A stretch of 64,000 nt of DNA from Epiperipatus broadwayi (Eukaryota > Animalia > Onychophora), in the NCBI GenBank assembly GCA_028023455.1, contig JAQFVV010000009.1, positions 15,748,001 through 15,812,000 on the forward strand, written 5' to 3'. Position numbers and translations under genes: made by a program. Positions 53,890 through 64,000 of this stretch are shown in pieces. The notes under the pieces are model-generated. The model was not told the origin of the DNA, searched no databases, and saw only the letters and a list, made by a program, of their open reading frames with translations. The stretch's first letter is position 1. The number at the start of each line of letters is the position of its first letter.

Positions 53890-53960
53890 CAAAAATTTAT
53901 ACTATAGAAACATTAAAGCAATAAAGCCAATTACTCAAGGCTTTAATAGGTTTACAAATG

Positions 53961-54761
53961 TAGATGATAACAATCAACCTTTAAGTTACCAACAATCTCA
54001 ACCTATAATCAAGGCAATCTCTTTTAACAATAAAGATGGTACCATCTTTATCTATGGTCTGATATATTTATACAGACACTAATGATTGTAACTTGCCCAA
54101 GAGTGAGAGATTAATAATGCAAAGAAGTTTAAACAAACCTCATTAATCAGGCAATTATAACCTGTTCTGAAAGCAGACTAATAAATAGTCAATTATAATT
54201 TCTAAATTCAAAAGTATATATTTTTTAAAACAATAAAGCAATTATTCAAAGCCTTAATAGGTTTATAAATATAGATGATAACAATCAACTCTTAAGCTAC
54301 CAACAGTTTCAACCTGTAGTCAAGGCAACCTTTATTGTTAAAAGAGGTCGCCTTGACTACAGGTTGAAATTGCTAGTAGCTTAAGGGTTGATTGTTATCT
54401 CTATATTTATAAAACTATTAAAGCCTTCAGTAATTGCTTTATTGTCTTACAAAATATATACTTTAAATAGAATTTGGAAATTATAGATGACTATTTATTA
54501 GTCTGCTTTCACAATCTGGAAGTTTATAATTGACTATATATTAGCCTGCTTTCACATCAGGCTATAATTGCCTGATTAATGAGATTTGTTTAAACTTCTT
54601 TGCATTATTAATCTCTCACTCTTGGTAAAGTTGCAATCATTAGTATCTATATAAATATATCAGACCATAGATAAAAGTGGTACAATTTTTATTGTTAAAA
54701 GAGGTTGCCTTGACTACAGGTTGAGATTGTTGGTAGCTTAAAGGTTGATTGTTATCATCTA
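53961..54761. repeat. ~800-bp foldback palindrome whose arms each contain a repeated ~100-bp unit
   Basis: TAGATGATAACAATCAA...CAAGGCAA(T/C)CT occurs at 53961 and 54271 and inverted at ~54345-54410 and ~54700-54761. The centre spacer is only ~13 nt (54332-54344). Confidence 0.88.
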
Positions 54762-55139
54762 GAGAAATATTATTTATTAAGTGAATAATCTCTAGTTTAA
54801 TGAATGATTAATAAAAATTATTAGTACAATTGCCTTTGCAAACAAAAGGCAATACACTTGTCGAATATTAAAAGGCAATACACTTTATGAGATATATTGT
54901 GCGTTGTTAAATGTATTTTCAGTGATAAAGTGCATATTTTAATTAATTAAAAATATAAAATATAGTCCAGCATTGTATTATCAATTTGACTCATCCAAAC
55001 AATATTCACTATTGGATCAATTCTCAAAAGTCTTCCAATCTCTATATATCAGCATAATTGTTTTATCAAACAATTGGCACTTTTTATACAAGATAAACAT
55101 TACTTACAGTGCTCTTTAATTGTAACATTTTTTAAAAAT

Positions 55140-55766
55140 TCTAATGTACCCGCCCCATGAGAGAAACGACAGGGACAAACCACATACAGTAAATTACTAA
55201 AAATGATTTAGATTAGTTTCACAAATAAACAACCAGCACGAGAATTACTAAGATTTATTTAATTAATTGTATTAAACGTTCACATCAGTTTAACTTAGCC
55301 CTACATAGAGCCCTGAAGGCATACAAAATAATAAAAGATTGGGAGGATCTGTTATATTTACCTCTAGTCGGATTTTTTGAACCTTCAGATCCGATAATCT
55401 GGGTTTTTCTCCCTTGTAAGTTCTGATCAGCAAAATACAATTATTAGCTCTGATCTCAAACAGGAAAAAACAGCAAAAAGACCCACGCTCCTCTCCTACA
55501 CAGTTTATATAGTCCCGCCTGATTTCTTATCAGTTCATTTTAATCTCTGCTTCTTATCTTTTCCAATTACTGTATTATTGTCTTTCCCAATGTTCTAATT
55601 ATTTCCATCCTACATATTAAAAGTTTGAATATCTAAATATTTTATTTACGCGAAATTTGACTTTCTAAATATTTTTATTTATACCAATTTCAAGGTTAAC
55701 ATATATATATCTACTTCTGGAGTAATATTTATAAAAGTTATATTTATTTTACCGTTAGACACAACA
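55140..55766 (-). repeat. 3' LTR (627 bp)
   Basis: Plus strand reads TCTAATG...ACAACA (terminal TG mutated to TC). It is preceded on the minus strand by the polypurine tract. Confidence 0.93.
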
Positions 55767-55783
55767 TTGCCTCCCCTCACTCC
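55767..55783 (-). other. Polypurine tract
   Basis: The minus strand reads GGAGTGAGGGGAGGCAA immediately before the 3' LTR. Confidence 0.85.
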
Positions 55784-55899
55784 AGAAGTAGATTGCTTTT
55801 CCCACAAACATAATCGTTTAAATGGAGAGGCTTTCTTTTATTGCGTATGGGTCTAGGCGAATTTCCTTTTTCCGCTGTATGTTAAACATCGTTCTCTTC

Positions 55900-57872
55900 T
55901 TTTTCATCTTCACCTAGCATGTCTTCTGGTAATTCCTGCTCTGTGTTATCGCTCGTTCCCTGTGGTTGTAGTTGCTCAAATATATCCATCTGCATCTGTT
56001 CCAGTTCCCCTTTACGTATGTGATTCATATGTCATTTATATTTTAATCCATTATGTCCTGTAATTTCATATATTTGCTATGATATTACTTTCTCAATTGT
56101 TTGTTTTATCCACACTTTACGAATAACATCTCTTATCCATACTGGATCACCTATTGCAAAAATTTTCGAGCTGTTTCTTTGCACATGAGTTTTTGGGCAG
56201 TGGGACGCAAAATATCTAGCTTAATTCTTAACTTTCACCCACATAGTAGTTCTGCTGGTGATTTCCCGGTCGCTGTTGATGGTGTTGAATGCTGGTTCAG
56301 CATTGCCCGGTCATTTCCGAAAATAGCCAGCAATGGCTTATGATCAGTTATTATCTCGAATTTTCGGCCAAAAATAAATTGGTGGAATTTCTTCACTGCA
56401 AATATAATTGCCAGCAGTTCTTTATCTATCTGGCTGTAATTTCTTTCCACCTTCGACAAAGTTCTGGATGCATATGCCACAGGGCGCTCACATCCCTCTA
56501 TCGGATGAGCTAGGACTGCACATACTCCTCATTCTGATGCATCTGTAGTAATTCTAGCAATACACTAACAATTTATCTGATACTAATAGATCTTTTTTTT
56601 TTCGAAAGCTTTTTCGTGTGTTTCAGTCCAGCTTCATGTTTGCCCTTTATGTAATAATTCATATAACAGAATTACTACCATTGCCTTATTTTTCAGGAAA
56701 GGTTTGAAAAAATTTACGAGACCTAGAAACGCTTGCAACTGTTTTACATTTTAGGTCTTACTGTGTTTTTTACTGCCCAAACTTTATCATTCAGAGGGCG
56801 CTTTTCTTTTATCTGAAATCGTATGACCTAGAAAATTTAATTCTCTTGCTTCCCATACACATTTTTCTAGTTTTAGTTTTACACCTGCCCTATTCAACCT
56901 ACCACATATTTTTAAAACTCTACTTTTTAAATTTCCACTAGATGTCGCCGTTATTAATATATCGTCATAATGTGGCATCACCCCGTCAATTTCTTGCAAT
57001 ATCATATTTAACTTTGCTTGAAAAATATTCGGCGCTGTAGTAATTCCAAATGGCAAACGATTGCATTTATATAACCCAAAAGGCTTCGTTAATGTTAATA
57101 TTTTTGCTGTGTTCTCTGTAACTTTAACCTGATGGTACACAGAGTTTACGTCTAATTTAGCAAAATACTTTGCCTTCGACAAATTTGCTAGCATTATGCG
57201 TACATTAGGTACCAGGTATGCACCTTTATTCAAATATTTATTAACTGTAACACGGTAATTGCTGCACAATCTAATTTCCCCATCTGATTTTCTTATTACC
57301 ACAATCGGTGCCGCCCATTCTGCCTCCTCTACTGGGGTTAATACACTGCTTGCTATTAAATGTTTTAACTTGTCTTCTACCTTTTGCCTTTGCGCAGAAG
57401 GGATTTTACGTGGCTTGCACATTACTGTGCTTACATTGTCCGCTAAATGTATTTCCACCAGGTTTGTTTTAATTAGGCCCAGATTTTGCGTAAATAAAGT
57501 CCAGTATAATTTTACCATTTCTTTTTCTGTCGAAATCATTTTTACAATGGAAAATTGTATTCCCAAATGTCTAAACTATTCTCTCCCTATTAACGGGCTT
57601 ATTTTTTTCTCAACTATATAGATTGGCAGTGTAAATTCTTTCTCTCGAAACACTACTGGAGCATCTACTTTTCCCATTATTTTAATAGGATTCCCATTAA
57701 CATCTTTTACTTTGATGTCCACATTCTGTATTTTTACTTTTGTATTGGCTTTTGATATTTCTTTCCAATCATTTATACATAGCAGTGATATACCCAACCC
57801 ACTATCAACTTCCATATTTAGCTCACTAGTACATATTTTTACTTTTACCATAAATTGGTCTTGCATAGGCAT
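55900..57872 (-). pseudogene. Gypsy pol remnants: protease, RT, RNase H, integrase C-terminus
   Basis: Protease ORF 57576-57872 (MEVDSG); RT ORF 56787-57566 (HYDDILI); ORF 56235-56480 joins RNase H (TDHKPLLAIFG) to the integrase C-terminal motif (TGKSPAELL.G). Multiple stops and frameshifts. Confidence 0.9.
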
Positions 57873-57992
57873 TATTATATTTTTTTTAATATTAGTTTCT
57901 TCATATCTATATCCCTTTTTCTTGATATATCTTTTTTTTTTACAAGGCTTTTTATATACTGCTGCTAAATGACCTTTCCAGCTTTTTTTTTT

Positions 57993-58651
57993 TTACTTGC
58001 ACTTCTTTGCTATATGCCCTGCTTTTCCCCAGCAGAAACATTTTATTAATATCTTTTCTTCAGTTCTTTCTTGGTAATTTTTTTCAATTTTATATATTGC
58101 CATTTTATTGGACTCTTCAGCCTTGTTTCTAAAAGTGCAAGCTTGCTCTATTATTGCCTCGAAAGCCATTCCCTTTTTAATAGTCTGTTCATAAGACAAA
58201 TCAGCTTCACTTAATAATGTTTGACGTAGCCTTTCATCTGCTATTCCCCATAATAACTGGTCTAGTAGAGCCTGTTCCATGAAATCTCCATAGTCACAAT
58301 CTTTAGCTAACTGCCTTAAAGCTATATTATAATCCTTTATTTTTTCTTCTTTGGCCTGCCTACGATTTCTGAGAGCTAATCTGGCAATGTGTTTAGAGGG
58401 CCTTGGACTAAAATAGTCCGTTAATTTTTTAATTAATTCTTCAAAACGTACTCTATCCATTACTGGCCCGTCACCCAATTTATTCACAATTTCAATAACT
58501 TTTCGTCCAGCTACACACAATAGAGCTGCCACTTTTTTGTCATTTTTCGTTATGGTGTTTAGCTTAAAAAAAATTTCTGTGTGACGTATAAAGGCCATTC
58601 CTGTGAGTTTTCTATCCCAAACTCCGTAATATTGCTTTGCCCTAATGACAT
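57993..58651 (-). pseudogene. Gypsy gag (frameshifted near the 5' end)
   Basis: ORF 57993-58598 contains LRQLAKDCDYG...ALLDQLLWGIADERLRQTLL and ends in CFCWGKAGHIAKKC (CCHC-like). The likely original ATG is at 58651 in another frame. Confidence 0.85.
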
Positions 58652-58736
58652 TTTACAACTTTAGTATTCTCGGCTGAATTTGCGATAACTCTCTCTATAT
58701 ATCTTCTCACTCCGCACGTAGTTTGTATGTGGCTGA

Positions 58737-58747
58737 CGACTGCGCCA
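58737..58747 (-). other. Primer-binding site, probably tRNA-Ser
   Basis: The minus strand reads TGGCGCAGTCG 4 nt after the 5' LTR end. This is complementary to the recalled arthropod tRNA-Ser 3' end (...CGACUGCGCCA). Confidence 0.75.
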
Positions 58748-58751
58748 ACTT

Positions 58752-59454
58752 TGTAATGTATCCACCCCGTGAGAGAAACAACAGGGACAAACCACATACA
58801 ATAAATTACTAAAAATGATTTAGATTAGTTTCACAAATAAACAATCAGCACGAGAATTACTAATTATTAAGATTTATTTAGTTAATTGTATTAAACATTT
58901 ACATCAGTTTAACTTATCCCTACATAGAGCCCTGAAGGTGTACAAAATATTAAAAGATCGGGAGGATCTGTTATATTTACCCCTAGTCGGATTTTTGAAC
59001 CTTCAGATCCAATAATCTGGGTTTTTCTCCCTCGTAAGTTCTGATCAGCAAAATACAATTATTAGCTCTGATCTCAAACAGGAAAAAACAGCAAAAAGAC
59101 CCATGCTCCTCTTCTACACAGTTTATATAGTCCCACCTGATTTCTTATCAGTTCCTTTTAATCTCTGCTTCTTATCTTTTCCAATTACCGTATTATTGTC
59201 TTTCCCAATGTTCTAATTATTTCCATTCTACATATTAAAGTTTGATTTTCTAAATATTTTATTTACACAAAGTTTGAATTTCTAAATATTTTATTTACAC
59301 CAAGTTTGACTTTCTAAATATTTTTATTTATACAAATTTCAAGGTTAACCTTTATATATATATCTACTTCTGGAGTAATATATATTTATTTTAACCTTTA
59401 TATATATATCTACTTCTGGAGTAATATATATTTATTTTATCGTTAGACACAACA
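58752..59454 (-). repeat. 5' LTR (703 bp)
   Basis: Plus strand reads TGTAATG...ACAACA. It is a direct repeat of 55140-55766 with extra internal duplications and is followed on the minus strand by the PBS. Confidence 0.93.
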
Positions 59455-62051
59455 AAAATAATAATACCTTTTGTAGCATTTTTAAATTATTCTGTTGCAT
59501 ATATGAAATAAGACAGAAAAAGAGATTAGAAAATTACATATGGTAATTAGAAAATTACATATGGTAATTAAAATAGGCATCAAGAAAAAAATAATTTCTG
59601 AAAGTTCAGGAAAATTGTCTGAAAAAGAGAATAACCAAATAAGCAAACACAAATGATGTCATGACCACTATTGACTGACATAGGACACATGTATGCAAAA
59701 TGTTATAGAGATTTTCGAATGTCAGATATCTTTGGCATATTGTCTTTATTTTTCAAATTTAGTAGTAAAACTATTATAAAGTAATTATTTTTTTTTTCTA
59801 GTTGATTTTACTAAAATTGTTCAAAAGATAATATAATTCATTTACATATTTGTCACATTTAGCAAATGATCACACATTTAAAAAAATTATAGAACTGTAA
59901 TTTTTATTGTTATAAAGTTTGAGCCTTATTTTTTTTTTTACTAAATCAAAATTTACATGCACAGTATAGAAAATAATTTTATATGTATTATTAAAAACTT
60001 AAAATTTTTGATTTTGTATTATATTTTTCTCATTTAAACAGTTATGTTAGATGGTACCGTTGCTCTAGACTGTAAGCTTAGAGAATATTACCAGTTCATT
60101 TATGCTCATTGAACAGGATTTATTATCACTTCCTTTATAAAAATACTTTACAATTTGATTAATTATACATTCAAAATACTTACTATTTTTATGTAAAGTT
60201 TATATATTGTACCGGTCTAAACATGTTTATCCATCTAACATGAGCTGGAACTCACGAAATGTACTTCAAACCCAGTCAAGCCCGAGATTTAGGTCAGGGA
60301 CCAACCTGAATTCGAATCCACTCCATAAGCCCCAGATCAAACACCTAATGGATAACATAACAATGATGACACACGAGAATTAATTTTTAAGTCCAGCACA
60401 TTAGTAGAGTGGAGAAGGCAATGAGATTCATGGACTTAAATATATATATTAACAAATTTAAATACTAGAGATGTTCCCATGATAAAATTTAATATATTTA
60501 ATTAATAGGGGCTTTACTAATGAATAGCTATGATCAATTAATGAATTGGATTGATTTAATAATGAGACAGAAATTGATGTATGATGGATTAGTAATATAT
60601 TTATGGACAATTACATATATATCTTGACATAACCCATTATTTAGCATAGGAAAATGCACGCAGGCATTTTTATTTACTGACTAAGCAGCATCAATCTTAA
60701 CAATTGTACAACAATAATTGATACGTTGGTAAAATAAGTTTGTAGCTATTACTTAATGGAGCCAAATATTATACTATATAATAAATCGCTATATTCCATT
60801 TATTAGTTATGCCATTTCATAATCAATTCGAGTGGCTATTATACATGTAATCAAACCAATCTGGATTGAAAATAATACATCCGATTATGACAAATTTATA
60901 TATTTAATGTGGATATATAAAGCATCCCAGATAGCTTTAGATTGAACAGGTTTTCAAGAAGGCTTCAGTTCAACGCCGAAGACTGCATATTAGGAAGGTA
61001 GAGTTGGCTATAAAGATTTTACTAATATGCTACGCACAGGTAAATATAATAGTAAAGTTGCTCTGCGGTTGGATGAATAGATTTTAGGGTTTTCATGACC
61101 AACACCGGTTTACCCAATGACCGATCGTCATGCTGGTAAACAAGAACCTTTATTTGGTTCACAAGAGATGGGGGGCTTACATGCTAACTTGGCCCTTAGC
61201 TCAGGTTTAGCTACTGCATTACCCTAAGAGAGGAAGATGGGCTGGATTCACCATGGCTCCATCTTAGTATATATATCAAAACAGCAAAATGATAAAATAT
61301 TGATAAATTTCACATTCGTCAAGCTGAAGTAGATTATAAATTAAATATCATACATTATGTGAACACTAGTTTATCAGCTTGATTAAAAGAGCCAACTCTT
61401 CTGTAGCATGAGAAATACGCATGTGCTACTGACAGGAATATATATATAAACTTTATTCCGTTCAATCTCTTCTGTTATCTATAATTAATAAACTCTTAAG
61501 GGGGAAAGTATTTTACAAATACTTTAATAAGAAAAATATACTTATCATTACACTCCAGGCTAGTTTAATAACATAATAATTAAAGGCTGAAAATCTGGAT
61601 TTATAAGCCACATTTTATATTTACATTAATTAATTAATAACTGACAAAATAACAATGAGCTCAAAAGGGTCACCATTATTTATAAGATAGGATTTCAAAA
61701 CAGCGCGCAAAAATGATGCTATAATAAATAATAATATGAAGATTTTAAATAATATCTTAAAAAAAACATATTTTGTAACTAAATGTACACCATTTCGAAA
61801 CATAGGTATAATTAATAATAATTAAAATAAGCAAAAGAAAAATAAATATAAATGCAGTGATTAAGTTATATAGCAAAACATTAAGTTAATAAAGAAAGTT
61901 AGCAAAAGTATGTCATTTATAGTATTCAAATATTATTTGTAAGAATATTAATACAGAGTTTACATTAATATAGTTAGCTAACCTGTATTTCAAAGAAATA
62001 AATGATCATTTCGGATTTTCGACAGATCTCTGTGATTTTAATTGAGATTAA

Positions 62052-62235
62052 AATGGTCCTCATATAGCTGGACTGGAGATACTTGAACTGGAATGAATAT
62101 GAGTTCTTTTAGTGGCTTATAGCATCTTCTATTTAGTTGGGAGACAATTTAAGATGGTATTCTCATAACTGGACTGATGTACTTGATTTGGAATGAAGGT
62201 GAATTCATTTTAGTGGCTTATGGCATCTTCTATTT
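62052..62235 (+). repeat. Diverged ~100-bp tandem duplication upstream of the L1-like fragment
   Basis: CTGGACTG..TACTTGA..TGGAATGAA...TTTAGTGGCTTAT(A/G)GCATCTTCTATTT occurs twice. Confidence 0.8.
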
Positions 62236-62339
62236 GTTATAGTAAGCTTGTTAGGGCAACATTGGTTGTTGCTTTGGCCTTGGGTGAATCAAACTTCGAC
62301 GTTCCATCACAGATAATGGCAGCAAATTCTTGCCTTTCT

Positions 62340-64000
62340 AGCAGGGCATAGCAAAAATTAACAATATGCTTAGTAAGATCCGTGACTTCTTCAAGAATAA
62401 ATGTCAGAACCATAGAGTTGAGATAGGTGATATCTGGGATAACGTCAATGAGCAGGAAAATCACGACATCTCTGAGGTGCACATTTTGCAATGGCTGCAG
62501 TCCTATCTGGAAAGCATACCCCTGGGACTACGTGGCATTCTGAGGTTCATGCTCATTCATCTAAGCAAATTCACTGTACTAACAGTCCCCAAAGTAATAG
62601 ACATCCATGCGGGAAATTTCCAAATCATCCCTGATATCTACCCAATAGCTCTCATACCATTCATGAAGAAACATATAAACCTTTCCAGCCCCTCCAATAT
62701 CCACCTGATTTCTATGATACCTCTCTTGATCAAGACCATTGAATCCATAGTCAAATATAAGATTCAGCAGCAACTCCTCTCCCACATCACAGTGCACCAA
62801 TTCACTTGCAAAGACTTCCACCATTGAGGCTTTGGTTTGCTTCATGCTCCTGGTGGAACATGTAAGACACTATAGAAAGTCCATGCTCATAGCGGTCCAA
62901 TTGGACTTTCACTGCAGCTTTTGATTCTATAGTACCATCTAAGTTACTCCACCTTCTTAGACAGTATGGGGTGCTGATGGTTTACACTCGGATCATTGGC
63001 AACCTCCTTCTAGATCGATTTTCATATCACTGGATGGCCATCTGGCTCTGGGGTTTAGATTGCATCTTTTTATTCACCAGGGGTCCCCTCTCAGCACCCT
63101 ATGTGTACATCAACCCCCTACTTAAAAACATTGAACGTGAACTACCTGAGATTTTTTTGCCGGCACTTAGGGAGGAGGTTCATCATATATCATATGTTGA
63201 TAATGTTATCATCTTCCTCTTGTCCCAGAAATACTTACCACAGCTCCATCAAATTTTAGATAGGTATGCTGTAAAGCTCAATCTTGGTATAAACCTCGCA
63301 AAACCATCCATTTGGAGGATTAACAAAGGCACCGTTATACCCTCAATCTACAATGCCAAGCCACAAAACTTCCTTGGATTTCCAATAATATTGTCAAGGA
63401 TGGCAATCAGAAAAGAAATACAACAAACCATCCTGGAAAAACTACAAAGGTAATCAGATCCCTAACCATGATCTCCCTATCACATCCTGGCAAGGTGGCA
63501 CTACTAAACATGATGGTATTTCCACTCATCAATTACTACTCTCAATCATAAAGCCAACCAAGTCCTTTCAGAGAAAAATCAATTCGATGTGCTCCAAACT
63601 GCTTTGGAATGGAAAATGCATAGCCATCAATTTGTCCAAAGCATAGAAGCCTCGAAAACTGAATGAACTTGAATTACACGCACTACACATATTCTACGCT
63701 CAAAAACCGATAGGTTTCTTAAGTGCAAATCCATCTCAATCTATCAGAAGATCAAACATGGTTCACCTCTGAACCCACTGACACTCCACAACCACTTTCA
63801 AGCAAATGGATCAAGGACTTAAGAGAATCCATAACTAAACTTTCCCATTACTAGGTGAACCCTGGAGACTAAAAGCAACTCTTGGTATGTCTACAGGCTC
63901 ATATACCCCAAACAAAACAAAATGCAATTCAATTAAATCTTTGAAACAGACTAATTATTAAAAGGTCAAGATCTTAGGCTTATGAACCCAAATATATCAA
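62340..64000 (+). mobile_element. 5'-truncated degenerate L1/Tx1-like LINE ORF2 (RT), running off the window end
   Basis: Motifs: SSPSNIHLISM...IESIVK (NYRPISL-like), LDFTAAFDSI, RGPLSAP, HISYVDNV (YADD-like), NLGINLAK, NFLGFPI, GKVALLNMMVFP (L1/Tx1-type post-RT motif). Confidence 0.8.

Larger units (their letters stand above)
55140..59454 (-). mobile_element. Ty3/Gypsy LTR retrotransposon (Mag-like), degenerate and internally deleted
   Basis: Direct LTRs at 55140-55766 and 58752-59454, AAAAT TSD at 55135-55139 and 59455-59459, PBS and PPT present. Gag with CCHC knuckle, protease, RT, RNase H and the integrase C-terminus are on the minus strand. RT/RNase H motifs (IRLCSNYRVTVN, PFGITTAPNIFQ, YASRTL..ERNYSQIDKE.LAIIFAVKKFHQF.FGRKFEIITDHKPLL.IFG) are typical of the Mag group. 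Confidence 0.95.

Noticed and set aside
45300-55100. Complementary repeats flanking exon 49345-49558 that could drive circRNA formation
   Set aside because: The inverted repeats found are each self-contained on one side of the exon, and no convincing cross-exon complementary pair was seen.
56101-57972. Plus-strand ORFs 56101-56343, 56289-56513, 57259-57621, 57712-57972
   Set aside because: These are antisense shadows of Gypsy pol. The same applies to 24408-24737, 26795-27046, 31433-32050, 35326-35577, 36743-36931 and 62579-62845 over PLE/LINE sequence.

Overview
Very AT-rich eukaryotic genomic DNA, probably an invertebrate such as an arthropod (inferred from composition and TE content). There are no prokaryotic features, CRISPR arrays or intact rRNA/tRNA genes. 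I can support only one host coding exon: 49345-49558 (+), encoding the N-terminal region of a MiT/TFE-family bHLH-ZIP factor (MITF/TFEB/TFE3 group; MASRIGFKQQLMRE...AINVP...VPQHVLE). Its neighbouring coding exons were not found, so much of the window is probably intron or 5' region of this gene. The rest is transposon-derived: a Mag-like Ty3/Gypsy element with both LTRs, a 5-bp TSD and a deleted integrase core; three Penelope-like (PLE) remnants, one a near-perfect ~780-bp palindrome; several degenerate LINEs; an internally deleted pogo/Tigger element; tRNA-derived SINE copies; several foldback/MITE inverted repeats; and local duplications. The most notable observation is a minimal hammerhead-ribozyme fold with a non-canonical A3-U8 core (ATGANTA-T...GAAA-palindromic tetramer-TH). 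It is found independently in the tails of two diverged PLEs. All alignments and counts were done by eye.
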